Positions 49,055-59,378 of a stretch of 64,000 bases of DNA are shown piece by piece. Source of the stretch: an uncultured Actinomycetes bacterium (GTDB lineage Bacteria; Actinomycetota; Actinomycetes; Streptosporangiales; Streptosporangiaceae). The position numbers and the translations under genes were made by a program. Under the pieces are notes generated by a model. The model searched no databases. It worked only from the letters and a program-made list of their open reading frames with translations, and had not been told where the DNA came from. The DNA lies in assembly GCA_963835425.1 (NCBI GenBank), contig CAWIGE010000019.1, positions 132,925-196,924 on the forward strand, given 5' to 3'. The number at the start of each line of letters is the position of its first letter. Within the stretch, counting starts at the first letter, position 1.

Positions 49055-49250
49055 GGTGACGTGCCGGGGCAGCGGCCGCGCCGATACCGGGGCCTCGCCG
49101 CCTCTTGAGGTTCCCTCGGTGGTGGGATGCAACGCGCCTCGACCTCCTGGATCGCCCGTCCGCAGCCGGGCCGCCAGCATTTGGCGTATGATGTACGTTG
49201 TTTCTTGGGACGAGAATACTACATACGACGCACGTTGAAAGTCGGGGCCC

Positions 49251-50063
49251 GTGACGAGTCAAGCCGCCCAGCCGTCGCCCGCCCGGAACCCGCGAACGGA
49301 CGAAGGTGCCTGGGCGCACGTGCCAATATGGGACCTGCCCGAGCGCGGAACCCGGGGTCCGAAGCCACGCTACGACCGTGCCGCCATCGCCGCCGCCGCG
49401 ATCCGGATCGCCGACGCGGAGGGCGCGGACGCCCTCACCATGCGCCGGGTCGCCGGCGCGCTGGGCATCGCCACCATGTCGCTGTACAACTACGTGCCGG
49501 CCAAGGACCACCTGGTCCAGCTCATGTGCGACCAGCTCGCGGGCGAGTACACCTACCCCGCCGCGGCACCGCCCGACAAGCGCTCGGCGATCGCCGGACT
49601 GGCCAGGCAGGCCCGCGATATCGCGCGGCGCCACCCGTGGCTGCCCGCGCTGCTCCACCGGCCCCCTCCGCCGGGCCCGAACGGCCTGCGCTACCTGGAT
49701 TACTTCCTCGGGCTGCTGGTCGGCTCCGGGCTCGACACCGGGGCGAAGATGGAGGTTATTTCGCTGATCAGCGGCTTTGCCACCATGTACGGCGGCATGC
49801 AGGCGGCACTGGCCAGCGAGCGGGCGGGCACCGGATCCAGCGCGGAGGACCAAGCCGCGGCCCCGGTCCAGGCGCTCGCCCGGGCGGCGGCCAGCGGCCA
49901 GTACCCGAACCTTGCCGCCGCGCTCGCCGCGGCCGGGCCCGCCCGCGGCGAGGACGACGTCTTCGAATCCTGCATCACGCATCTGATCGACGTGGCCAGG
50001 CCGGATGACCTGCGAGGCGCCGCACCAGAGGTGGCTGAGCCATCTCGCCCGGTCCGGCGGTGA
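49251..50063 (+). CDS. TetR/AcrR-family transcriptional regulator
   Basis: Helix-turn-helix ..IAAAAIRIADAEGADALTMRRVAGALGIATMSLYNYVPAKDHL... It is divergent from the hydrolase gene. Confidence 0.9.
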   Translation: MTSQAAQPSPARNPRTDEGAWAHVPIWDLPERGTRGPKPRYDRAAIAAAAIRIADAEGADALTMRRVAGALGIATMSLYNYVPAKDHLVQLMCDQLAGEYTYPAAAPPDKRSAIAGLARQARDIARRHPWLPALLHRPPPPGPNGLRYLDYFLGLLVGSGLDTGAKMEVISLISGFATMYGGMQAALASERAGTGSSAEDQAAAPVQALARAAASGQYPNLAAALAAAGPARGEDDVFESCITHLIDVARPDDLRGAAPEVAEPSRPVRR

Positions 50064-50069
50064 AGGCGG

Positions 50070-50315
50070 TCAGCTAAGGCTGTCCACCTGATGGACGTCG
50101 CCGCACGGCACTCCCAGCGCGGCGTGGTGCTGGCGGATGGCGTCCTCGTCCGGGCCGTCCAGCAGGCAGTACACCTTGCCCCCGGCGTTGTGCTACAGCT
50201 CGATCTGGCGCACGCCGAACTGATCGGCCCTGGCGTTGCGGGTGTCATCGGCGATCTGCGCGATGGCCTCGGCGGGCAGCTTCAGATCCTCGTGAAAGTC
50301 CATGAATCGTGCCAT
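50070..50315 (-). pseudogene. DUF4242 (SCO4226-like) small protein with an in-frame TAG
   Basis: MARFMDFHEDLKLPAEAIAQIADDTRNARADQFGVRQIEL-TAG(50193-50195)-HNAGGKVYCLLDGPDEDAIRQHHAALGVPCGDVHQVDSLS*. Both halves are in the same frame. Confidence 0.7.
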
Positions 50316-50329
50316 GACAAGCTCCTTCG

Positions 50330-50585
50330 TTCGATGTGGTGATGGTTTCGGCGGCACCGCTTGCCTGCCCGCGGGGTCGGCGGCGAAGAACAGCGCGGTG
50401 CCCGGGAGCGGGTCAGCGAAGTTCTCCCAGCCCAGAGTGTTGAACGCCCGCACATAACTGGCCTGCGGGGCGGCGGCCACGACCGCCGCCCGGCTGTTGA
50501 CCTCCGGCTCACCCATGCGGTTCGAGGCGTCGATCACCACCTTGCCGGCCAGCGCCGCGCCGTTCGCGGCGGCGGCCGGCGGCAG
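50330..50585 (-). pseudogene. Remnant resembling the middle of an NADPH-dependent F420-reductase-like (NAD(P)-binding) protein
   Basis: ..LAGKVVIDASNRMGEP....SYVRAFNTLGWENFADP..GTALFFAADP.. has no N-terminal Rossmann part and no proper C-terminus. Confidence 0.4.
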
Positions 50586-50588
50586 AGG

Positions 50589-50972
50589 TCACGTTTCCGG
50601 CCGCGTCCGGGCCAGGCTGGCCAGCGTGATGACGAGCGCCGTCAGGATCGACGCGTGATAGATGAGGTCGGGCAGGTCCTGGCGGCCGGACGCGATGATG
50701 GCCAGGCCCACCATGGTGCCGAACGTGGCGAAGGCGGCCGTGCCCACGGCCGCGCCCCAGGCGTGCGCGCGCTGGGTGAGGACCGCCCAGCTGCCGGCCG
50801 CCAGCACGGCAGCGATCACCAGTTCCGGGATCGCGGCCTGGGTGAAGCCCGTGCCGAAGTGGATGGCCGAGGCGACCGCGAAGGTGGCGGCTTCGGCCAC
50901 CATCGCCAGCCCGATCCTCCTGCTGGGCGTGCGGCGCCGGGTGGCCAGCCGCGCCTGTGATGTCGAGGTCAT
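50589..50972 (-). CDS. Small 4-TM membrane protein
   Basis: 127 aa with four hydrophobic helices. Confidence 0.55.
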   Translation of the reverse strand: MTSTSQARLATRRRTPSRRIGLAMVAEAATFAVASAIHFGTGFTQAAIPELVIAAVLAAGSWAVLTQRAHAWGAAVGTAAFATFGTMVGLAIIASGRQDLPDLIYHASILTALVITLASLARTRPET

Positions 50973-51180
50973 GGTTTCTCCCGGTGAGTCGGTCTGATGG
51001 TTCGCCCCCGACGTTAGGGACCGGCACCGGGGGGTGTCGTCGGGCCGGCGGAGGCTTTCGCCCTGCCCCGGAGGGCGGACGGCTGCCCGGCGCGGCGCGG
51101 CCGGCTACCACCGGGGGAGTAGCCGCCGCTGCATCCCGCAGCCGACGGCGGATGGGCGGCGCTGACCTACGCTCGTGTTT

Positions 51181-52352
51181 ATGAGCGCGGTGAACGGCAA
51201 CACCGAGCGGGCACCGGCCCGCCGGACGAGCCCGATCGCCGATGGCGCTCTGGCGGCGGTGCTGGCCGTCGTGCTGTCGGTGGGCACCTACTTCGCCGCA
51301 TGGCATCAGCACGGCCATCGGGCCGTCGACGCCGGGGCCATCGCCCTGGTCATCGCGTCGGCCGGGGCGCTGGCGCTGAGGCGGCGGTATCCGGTGGCGA
51401 TTCTGGCCCTGGTGTTCGGGACGACCCTGATCTACTTCGTGCTCGGATACGCCAGCGGGCCGATCTGGCTGGCCCTGATCATCGCCTACTACACCGCCAC
51501 CGCCTGCGGTCACCGGCTGGCCGCCGTCATCGCGGCGGTGGCCGGGTTCGCCGTCTTCCCCTGGCTGGGCTACCTGCTCCGGAACGGGCCGGCGCCATCG
51601 CTGGCCGGGCTGGCCGCGCTGGCCGCCTGGCTGGTGGTGGTACTGGGCGCGGGCGAGGCCGTGCGCATCCGGCGGGAGCGGGCCGCCGCGGCAACCCGGA
51701 TCCGGGAAGAGGAGGAGCGCCGGCAGGCCAGCGAGGAACGGCTGCGGATGGCCCGGGAACTCCACGATTCCCTGGGCCACTACCTGTCTTTGATCAGCGT
51801 GCAGTCGGGAGTGGCCCTGAACCTCAACCAGGAGCTGCCCGAGCAGGTCCGGGCGTCCCTGACCACGGTCAAGCAGGCCAGCAAGGAGGCCCTCACCGAG
51901 CTCCGCTCGGTGCTGGACATCCTGCGCCAGGACGGCGAGCGCGCCCCCCGCTCCCCGACCGCCACCCTGGCCCGGCTCGGCGACCTGGTATCCCAGGCGG
52001 CCGCGCCCGGGCTGGAGGTGCGGGCGGAGACCGAGGGCAGCGTCCGGCCACTGCCGTTCGGGGTCGACGTCGCGGCCTACCGGATCGTGCAGGAGGCACT
52101 GACGAACGTGGCGCGCCACGCCGGGCCGGCCACCGCCACCGTGCGCGTCGTCTACGGCGAGGACGACGTCACCGTGCAGGTAGACGACGACGGAGGTGGG
52201 CGGCCCGGCGCCGCTCAGCAGCCGATGAGCGGCAACGGAATCGCCGGCATGCGGGAACGCGTGGCCGCCCTCGGCGGCGAGTTTGACGCCGGCTCCGCCC
52301 GGAAGGCGGTTTCCGGGTCCGGGCCCGGTTTCCGCTGGGCGGTGCCGGATGA
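51181..52352 (+). pseudogene. Sensor histidine kinase (NarX/DesK-type HisKA_3) with a frameshift about 20 codons before the stop
   Basis: TM-rich N-terminus, H-box ..MARELHDSLGHYLSLI.., and ATPase ..EALTNVARHA..GNGIAGMRERVAALGGEF... The canonical tail RPEGGFRVRARFPLGGAG* (its TGA overlaps the regulator ATG) is only readable after a 1-nt shift at about 52288-52296. Confidence 0.8.
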
Positions 52353-53014
52353 TCCGGGTCGTGCTGGCCGACGATCAGGTCCTGGTCCGGGCCGGGTTCC
52401 GCGCCCTGCTCGACGCGCAGGACGACATCGAGGTGGTGGGCGAGGCCGGCGACGGGGAGCAGGCCGTGGGCCTGGCCACCGAGCTCACCCCCGACGTTGT
52501 GCTGATGGACATCCGGATGCCGGGCACCGACGGCCTGGCCGCCACCCGGCGGATCTCCGCCGACGGGGACCTGGCCGGTGTCCGGGTGGTGATCCTCACC
52601 ACGTTCGAGCTCGACGAGTACGTGTTCGAGGCCATCCGGTCCGGGGCCAGCGGGTTCCTGGTCAAGGACACCGAGCCGGATGAGCTGGTGCAGGCGGTCC
52701 GGGTGGTGGCCGGCGGTGACGCCCTGCTGTCTCCCAGCGTCACCCGCCGGCTGATCGGGGAGTTCGCGGCACGGGCCAAGGAGCCGCACGACGTCGGCGG
52801 CCTTCACGAGCTGACCGACCGGGAACAGGAGGTGCTGGCGCTCGTCGCGGACGGGCTGTCGAATCACGAGATCGCCAGGCGCCTGTACGTCAGCCCCGCC
52901 ACGGCCAAGACCCACGTCAGCCGGGCCATGATCAAGCTCCGGGCCAGGGACCGGGCCCAGCTCGTGGTCATCGCCTACGAGTCGGGCCTGGTGCGGCCCG
53001 GCTGGCGCGCCTGA
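52349..53014 (+). CDS. NarL/LuxR-family response regulator
   Basis: Receiver ..IRVVLADDQ..VVLMDIRMPGTDG.. and LuxR HTH ..LTDREQEVLALVADGLSNHEIARRLYVSPATAKTHV... Confidence 0.9.
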   Translation: MIRVVLADDQVLVRAGFRALLDAQDDIEVVGEAGDGEQAVGLATELTPDVVLMDIRMPGTDGLAATRRISADGDLAGVRVVILTTFELDEYVFEAIRSGASGFLVKDTEPDELVQAVRVVAGGDALLSPSVTRRLIGEFAARAKEPHDVGGLHELTDREQEVLALVADGLSNHEIARRLYVSPATAKTHVSRAMIKLRARDRAQLVVIAYESGLVRPGWRA

Positions 53015-53056
53015 GGCGCTGCCAGCCGGGCGTTGACGCCGGTCGCGCGCGGGGCG

Positions 53057-53856
53057 TCAGACGCGGGCGGTGTCCTTGCGGAACCGCCAGATCGCGCCGG
53101 CGGTGAAGATGGCCAGCCAGGCGACGGCGTTGACCACCCACCACACGTCCATCGCCCCGCCGGTCAGCGGCCAGTGCACCAGCTGGTTGACGCCATACAG
53201 GGGAGTGAACTTGGCCAGCACCTGCAGGGCGTGCGGGTACTGGCTCAGCGGGACGAACAGGCCGCCGCCGAACGCCAGCAGGATCATGATGAAGCCCATG
53301 AACTGCATGACGTTCTCGGTCGGCAGCAGGTAGCCCAGGAACAGCCCGAAGGGCGCGAACACCAGCGCGCCGATCCACACGCACAGCGCGGTGACGATCC
53401 ACAGGTACCCCAGCATGGACGGCTTGTGGGTGGCGAACCCGACGATGTAGACGGCGAGCACCGAGACGAACCCGAGCACCATCGAGGTGAGCATCTTGGT
53501 CACCACGTAGGCCAGCGGGGACAGCGGGGTCAGCCGGCAGCTGCCTGGTCCAGCCCTGCGCCCGCTCGATGGAGATCATCGCCCCGCCGCTCGTGGTCGC
53601 CAGGACCGCAGCCGTACAGCGCCATGCTGATCAGGATGAAGGCGGAGACGTTGCCCTTCCCCGCCGACTCGTTCGCGTACGCGGCGTTGAGCCCGAACAG
53701 CAGGAAGAAGATCGAGGGAGTCACCAGGGCGAAGATCACTGTGCGCCGGTTGCGGAGCAGGCGGCGGATTTCCAGCTTCAGCACCGTGAAGCTGAACCCG
53801 CCCATCGGCGGGACCGGCCGGCTGCTGAGCTCGGCCGCGGTTGCGGTGGTGGTCAC
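53057..53856 (-). pseudogene. ABC-2 type permease split over three frames
   Basis: ..FTVLKLEIRRLLRNRRTVIFALVTPSIFFLLFG..ILISMALYG / AVLATTSGGAMISIERAQGWTRQL / RLTPLSPLAYVVTKMLTSMVLGF... The shifts are at about 53607-53613 and 53533-53542. A GTGA overlap links it to the ATPase stop. Confidence 0.7.
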
Positions 53857-54807
53857 CGGTTCCCTCCAGTGGTGTCGTCGTCGCCGGTGAGGGCGAGGAA
53901 CGCCTCCTCCAGCCCGCGCGAGGCGATCTCCAGGTCGTGCGCGCTGGTCTCGGTCAGCAGGTAGCGGGCGACCTTGTCGGCGTCGCCGGAGTGGATGAGC
54001 ACGGTCTCGCCCCGGATCTCGATGCTGTCCGCGCCGGGCACGGCGCGCAGCGCCTGCTCGGTGGCGCCGGGCAGCGTGGCCCGCACGGTCCGGCCGGAGG
54101 CCAGGCTCTTCACCTGCGCGCTGGTGCCGTCGGCGACGATCTCGCCCTTGCGGATGAGCACGATCCGGTCGGCGTAGGCGTCGGCCTCCTCCAGGTAGTG
54201 CGTGGCGAACAGCACCGTGCGGCCCCGGTCGGCGTCGTGGCGGATCGAGCCCCAGAACTCGCGGCGGCCCTCTACGTCCATGCCGGTGGTCGGCTCGTCC
54301 AGGACGAGCAGCTCCGGGTCGGACAGCAGCGCCATCGCGAACCGCAGCCGCTGCTGCTCGCCGCCGGAGCACTTGTCCACCCGCCGGTCGGCGATCTCGG
54401 CGATGCCGGCCCGCCGCAGCGCCGCGGGCACGTCCGCATTGTGCGCGAACAGGCTGGCCGTGTAGAGCGCGGTCTCACCGACGGTGAGGTCCTTGAGCAG
54501 CCCCCCGGTCTGCATGACCGCGGAGACCAGCCCCCGCCGGATGGCCTGCTGGGGCGTCATGCCCAGCACCGACGACCTCACCGCCGCTGGGCGTGGACAG
54601 CCCCAGGATCATGTCGATGGTCGAGGTCTTGCCCGCGCCGTTAGGGCCGAGGAACGCCACCACCTCGCCCTGCTCCACGGTCAGGTTGACGTGCCGCACG
54701 GCCTGGACATGACCGAAATTCTTGCTGAGGTCCTGCAGCAAGACCGCGGGCGGCGATCCGTTATCCGCCCGCGGACCGGGCGCCCGTACGGGGTCAGTTG
54801 TTGTCAT
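53853..54807 (-). pseudogene. ABC transporter ATP-binding protein with one frameshift
   Basis: The Walker A part (..FLGPNGAGKTSTIDMILGLSTPSGGEV) is in one frame. The rest (RSSVLGMTPQQ..CSGGEQQRLRFAMAL..LLVLDEPTTGMD) is in another. Junction at about 54572-54582. Confidence 0.8.
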
Positions 54808-55064
54808 GTGACCAGCGTGGCCGAGGCCCCGCAGATACTCCACTGAAGTTCGGCGCGTGTTGCCCATGACAAATGTCATGACCGGTGGCGCGGGCCGTCC
54901 GCCCGGGCCAGGCGCCCGGGGGTTACCTATCCTATTTACCAATAAATGGTATGCCTGACGTAAAGACTGATTCGGGCGACATAACGGATGTGCCCGGCCG
55001 GCCTGGCTGCCACGCATAAGGCGGTTGTGGCTCATGAGCAAGTCCCTGGCCACGGCCCTAATAA

Positions 55065-57188
55065 TTGTTTGTGGCGAATGCCACAATTAATGCTGTGGGA
55101 GGGAAAGCCCGGCGTTTGTGGCCGCTGGCCGCAATCACCGTGGTCCTGGCCGTCGCTGGCATATTGGTGTGGGCGGTCTGGCGGTCGCCGCATCGCGGCG
55201 ACCTGTTGACGTTCGGCGGTTTCGTCGTCGCCGTGATCGCGCCGGTGGCGAGCCTGATCGTCTACCTGACCAAGCTCAGGCGCACCGGCGATACGGGCCT
55301 GGGCCGACCACTCAGCGAGCTGGCCGACTCCCTCGCGGCAGCGGTGATGGAGCAGTGGACCCGGGCGGCGCTGGAGCGGCGGCTGCTGCAGCCGGAGCCG
55401 ATTCCGGTGCGCTGGGTGAGGTCGGCCAGGCCGCTCGCCGGGCCGGTGTCGGCCGCGGTCGGGTCGCGGCAGTTCCCGCCGCTGCCGGGGCTCCCGGCGG
55501 CAGCGGCGGGCAGGCTCCGGGGCGGGCAGCTGCAGGACCTGCACGCCGTCTACGGGGGCCTGGGATCCGGCCGGCTGGTGATCATCGGGGGCCCCGGGTC
55601 CGGCAAGAGCGGCGCCGCCGTGCTGCTGATCCTGGCCGCGCTGAACTACCGGGCGCAGATGACCGAGGAGGAGCGGCGGCTGGTGCCGGTGCCCGTGCTG
55701 GTCACCGTGCACGGGTGGGATCCCGGCACCGAGCGGGTCGGGCACTGGCTCGCCGGGCGGCTCCAGCAGGCCTACCCGCTGTTCGCGGGCAAGGGCGGAC
55801 TGGAGGCGGCAACCGAGCTGGTGCGGACGTCCAGGATCGCGGCGATCCTGGACGGGCTCGATGAGATCCCGGAAGAGCTCCGGCCGCCCGCGCTGCGGGC
55901 GCTCAGCGACCAGGCGGACTTCCGGGTCGTCGTCCTGAGCCGGAGCGATGAGATGGCGGCCGCCGCCAGCCAGGAGTTCCTGCAGGCGGCCGTCGTCCTC
56001 GAACTGCAGGACGTGGGTCCCAAGGTGGCCGCGGATTACCTGACGCGCGTCCAGCGTCACCCGGCGCCTGCCGGGTGGGATGAGCTGACCGGCCGCCTCC
56101 GCCGCGCACCCGGCAGCCCGATCGCCGGGGCACTCAGCCTGCCGCTGACCCTGACCCTGGTCCGGGACACCTACCGCGGCGGCGACGATGTTGGCGAGCT
56201 GCTCGATTTCTGCGATGCCGGCGATCACGGCGCTTCACGGGAGAGCATCGAGGACTATCTGCTCGACCGGGTTCTGCCCGCCGCCTATGCGCCGCGCCCG
56301 GGAGAACCACCGCCCCGGTATGGGCTGCCTGCGGCCCGCCTTGCCCTTGGCCACGTGGCCGCGAGGATGAACCGGGACGGCACCCGGGACCTGGCCTGGT
56401 GGCGGATTCCCGCATGGGCCTCGGTCGCGCCGCGCGTCGTGGCGACCGCTCTTGTGTTCGGGCTGTTGTTCTGGCTCGGAGGCGGGCCCAAGCTGGGGCT
56501 GGTGGCCGTGCCCGTGGCCGCGCTCGGCTACCTGGCCGGGCTCAGGGACAAATCCCCCCGGCGGATGGCGCCCCTGCGGTGGCGTCAGCTGTTCAGCCGC
56601 TCGTCCCTTGCGGTCGGGCTCCAGTTCGCGGTGGTGGGCGGGCTCTTCGGCGCGCTCGTGTTCGGGCTCGCATCCGGGCTCACGGCCGGCCGCACCGTCG
56701 GGCTCGTGGCCGCGGTCGCGACCGGGCTGGCGGGCACGCTCGCGGCCGGCCTCTCCCGGCCGGCCGTGGACGATGCGAGTCCCCTCACCCCGCCCGCTGC
56801 CTGGCATCGTGACCAGGCGTTCGGGCTCATCGTGGGCGTCGTGTTCGGCATCAGCGTCGGTCTCGGCCTCGGTTTCATCCTCGGGACCAGGCACGTGCTG
56901 GGGCTCGTGCCGGGACTCGGGTACGGGCTTCTGTTCGGAGTCGTGTTCGGGCTGGTGTGGGGGCTCTCGTTCCCCCTGACCTGGACGGCCTCGCTGGCGT
57001 TTGCTCAGCTCACCCTGCGCTGGCATACCCCCGCCCGCCTCCTGCATTTCCTGGAAGACGCCCGGCAGCGCGATGTGCTGCGCACCGTCGGGCCCATCTA
57101 CCAGTTCCGGCACGCCCGGCTGCAGGATCGCCTCGCCGGGCAGGCCGGGCCCAATGAGCCGGCCGCCCGTCATGCGTTGCGGATGTAA
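55065..57188 (+). CDS. Membrane-anchored NACHT/STAND P-loop NTPase
   Basis: 707 aa with two N-terminal TM helices. Walker A IIGGPGSGKSGAAVLL (about 55588-55611) and Walker B AAILDGLDE. A helical region is followed by about 6 C-terminal TM helices. The start codon (TTG 55065 or GTG 55071) is uncertain. Confidence 0.8.
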   Translation: MFVANATINAVGGKARRLWPLAAITVVLAVAGILVWAVWRSPHRGDLLTFGGFVVAVIAPVASLIVYLTKLRRTGDTGLGRPLSELADSLAAAVMEQWTRAALERRLLQPEPIPVRWVRSARPLAGPVSAAVGSRQFPPLPGLPAAAAGRLRGGQLQDLHAVYGGLGSGRLVIIGGPGSGKSGAAVLLILAALNYRAQMTEEERRLVPVPVLVTVHGWDPGTERVGHWLAGRLQQAYPLFAGKGGLEAATELVRTSRIAAILDGLDEIPEELRPPALRALSDQADFRVVVLSRSDEMAAAASQEFLQAAVVLELQDVGPKVAADYLTRVQRHPAPAGWDELTGRLRRAPGSPIAGALSLPLTLTLVRDTYRGGDDVGELLDFCDAGDHGASRESIEDYLLDRVLPAAYAPRPGEPPPRYGLPAARLALGHVAARMNRDGTRDLAWWRIPAWASVAPRVVATALVFGLLFWLGGGPKLGLVAVPVAALGYLAGLRDKSPRRMAPLRWRQLFSRSSLAVGLQFAVVGGLFGALVFGLASGLTAGRTVGLVAAVATGLAGTLAAGLSRPAVDDASPLTPPAAWHRDQAFGLIVGVVFGISVGLGLGFILGTRHVLGLVPGLGYGLLFGVVFGLVWGLSFPLTWTASLAFAQLTLRWHTPARLLHFLEDARQRDVLRTVGPIYQFRHARLQDRLAGQAGPNEPAARHALRM

Positions 57189-57221
57189 TTCGTCGGTGCG
57201 CCGGCCCGGCCGCCGTTGCCG

Positions 57222-57797
57222 TCATCTGGCCAGGGCGGGAACCAGGGACCTCGCCGCGAAGGCGATGCGCGCGGTGCTGGCCACCATGGCCCCCACCATC
57301 ACCCAGGTCATGGGCGCGCTGGTGAACGTCACGCCGGTGATGAGCACCGCGTCGAGCGTGGCGATGCCGATGCATCCCGCGACTCCCGCCCGGGCGGCCA
57401 GCCGGTAGCGCGTGGTCAGTGCGGCGGCGGCGAGCAGCGCGATGATGGTGATGAGCGCCACGCCGACCAGGATGCGCACCGAGAGCGGGACGGCCCAGGC
57501 CGGCGCCCGGTCGGTGATCAGCGCCACGGCCCAGCAGGCACCGACCAGCGGCCCGATCCCGAGCAGCCTGCGGGCGGCGCGGCGGGAGGGGTTCACGCGG
57601 GCAAACTCGGCCACGATCGCCTGCGGGTCGCCGAATTCGGCCACCGCGGACTCGGCGGCGAGATCGGGGGCCAGTCCCTGCCGGAGATAGGACCGGTGGG
57701 TCTCGGTCAGGCCGTCGGCCAGCTCCTCGACTATCGGGGCGGGCAGCCGGGCGGCCAGGACCGCCAGGTAGCTGCTGATCAGGCGGGGCTCGGACAT
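57222..57797 (-). CDS. PadR-associated membrane protein
   Basis: 191 aa. The N-terminal soluble helix bundle ..YLAVLAARLP..IVEELADGL.. is followed by TM helices. It overlaps the PadR gene 3' end. Confidence 0.6.
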   Translation of the reverse strand: MSEPRLISSYLAVLAARLPAPIVEELADGLTETHRSYLRQGLAPDLAAESAVAEFGDPQAIVAEFARVNPSRRAARRLLGIGPLVGACWAVALITDRAPAWAVPLSVRILVGVALITIIALLAAAALTTRYRLAARAGVAGCIGIATLDAVLITGVTFTSAPMTWVMVGAMVASTARIAFAARSLVPALAR

Positions 57798-58117
57798 GGC
57801 CTGCCCTCGAGTGCTGCGCTCACCGTGGCCGAGAAGTCCAGCCAGTCCGCCCGCTTGCCGGTCAGCGCCCGGGTTCCCGCCGCGGTCAGCTTGTACTCAC
57901 GCCGCCGCCGGCCGCCCACCACCGACCACGACCCGGCGATCAGCCCGGCCTGCTCCAGCCGCCGCAGCGCCGGGTAGATCGTCCCGGTGGGCAGATCCAG
58001 CCGCCCTCCAGTGCTCTGCCGCAGGGACTCGATCACGGCGTAACCGTGCCGCGGCCCGTCCTCGAGGGCGGCCAGCAGCACGGCGTCCAGATGGCCCTTC
58101 AGCTCCTCGGCTCGCAT
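57779..58117 (-). CDS. PadR-family transcriptional regulator
   Basis: ..LLAALEDGPRHGYAVIESL..LPTGTIYPALRRLEQAGLI..REYKLTAAG... Confidence 0.9.
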   Translation of the reverse strand: MRAEELKGHLDAVLLAALEDGPRHGYAVIESLRQSTGGRLDLPTGTIYPALRRLEQAGLIAGSWSVVGGRRRREYKLTAAGTRALTGKRADWLDFSATVSAALEGRPCPSPA

Positions 58118-58212
58118 ACGTAGTAATCCTACATTATGGGTTCCGGCCAGGCAATCCGCCGGGTAGAGTGGCCTAATAGGTAGTAACGCTATATATGAGG
58201 GGGTGAGCGGGG

Positions 58213-58701
58213 ATGGCCCGCACGCTGAGCCTCATCGTCCGCAATCTCGTGTTCACCGTCGTGGTGCCGGGGCTGGGGGGAGTCTGGGCTCCCTGGTGGA
58301 TCATGACGCGCCATGGAGGCACCGCCGCGCCGGTCGCGTGGGAGGCGGTTCCGGTCATCGCGGGCGGGGCGGCCCTGTACCTGTGGTGTGTCTGGAACTT
58401 CGCGTCCGTGGGGCATGGCACTCCCGGCCTCTGGGACGCACCGAGGCGCGTTGTCGCGGCCGGGCCCTACCGCTGGGTGCGCAACCCGATCTACATCGCC
58501 GCGCTGCTGGTTGTCCTGGGGGAGGCGTGGCTGTTCATGTCGCTGCCGGTGCTGGCGTACGCGGGCGCCATGGCGGTCTTCTTCCACCTGTTCGTCACCG
58601 GCTACGAAGAGCGGAGGCTCGGCCGCCACTTCGGCGACAGCTATCTGGAGTACCGGCGCCGGGTCCCGCGCTGGATCCCCCGCCCGCCGCGCCACGCGTA
58701 A
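58213..58701 (+). CDS. Isoprenylcysteine carboxyl / phospholipid methyltransferase-family membrane protein
   Basis: ..GPYRWVRNPIYIAALLVVLGEA.. and ..EERRLGRHFGDSYLEYRRRVPRWIP.. are characteristic of the family. Confidence 0.8.
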   Translation: MARTLSLIVRNLVFTVVVPGLGGVWAPWWIMTRHGGTAAPVAWEAVPVIAGGAALYLWCVWNFASVGHGTPGLWDAPRRVVAAGPYRWVRNPIYIAALLVVLGEAWLFMSLPVLAYAGAMAVFFHLFVTGYEERRLGRHFGDSYLEYRRRVPRWIPRPPRHA

Positions 58702-58767
58702 GACCTGGCGGCCTGCGCGTCACACCGGGACAAGCAGGCCGGACGCTACCAACAGGAAGGTGAGCAG

Positions 58768-59240
58768 ATGAGCATCGATGCGAAATCAGCCACCCGGCCG
58801 ATGAGCGCTGCGGTGCCGGCCAGCCTGACCAGGGTACGGCGGGGCAGCCTGGCGGTCTTGTGCTGGTCGTCGCGGAGTACCTCATCGGCATGTATGTCAA
58901 CTTGTTCGTCACGATCCCCCCGGCCGACCATGACCACAGCGTCCGCACCGCGATCGCGAACGGGCCGGCCATCCTGGCCACTCACGCCGTTATCGGGCTG
59001 CTGCTGGGGCTGGCGGCCCTGGGCGTGCTCGTGCAGGCCATCATGGCCCGCCACCCGGGCGCCATCGCCGCGTCGGCGGTAGGCCTGTTCGCGCTGGCCT
59101 TTGCCTCCGTAGCGGGGGCCAGCTTCACCAGCAGCGGCCACCCTGCCGACTCGATGGCCATGTCGGTCTTCACCGGCGTCGGGCTGCTGTGTTACGCGGC
59201 CAACCTGTACCTGCTGCCACCGCCCGGCCGCCGCGGGTAG
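58768..59240 (+). pseudogene. Small multi-TM membrane protein, probably frameshifted near 58858
   Basis: Track ORF 58860.. begins mid-helix (VLVVAEYLIGMYVNLFV). The ATG ORF at 58768 (MSIDAKSATRPMSAAVPASLTRVRRGSLAVL) abuts it in another frame. Alternatively it is an intact 126-aa protein starting at GTG 58860. Confidence 0.45.
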
Positions 59241-59378
59241 GCACAGCCCCCCCGCTGACCACCCGGCCCGGTACGGCCGGGCTCACCGCGCGGGCCCGCG
59301 CCGGCCTAGCGGTGGCGAAGGATCCGTGGCATAACGGCTAGATGTGACGGAGCCAGGACGGGTGGAATCGAGGAGCCG

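Noticed and set aside
50509-52119. 536-aa ORF antisense to the histidine kinase, plus similar ORFs at 55032..56228(-) and 56235..57173(-).
   Set aside because: These are GC-frame artefacts. The sense strands encode a clear kinase and a clear NACHT NTPase.
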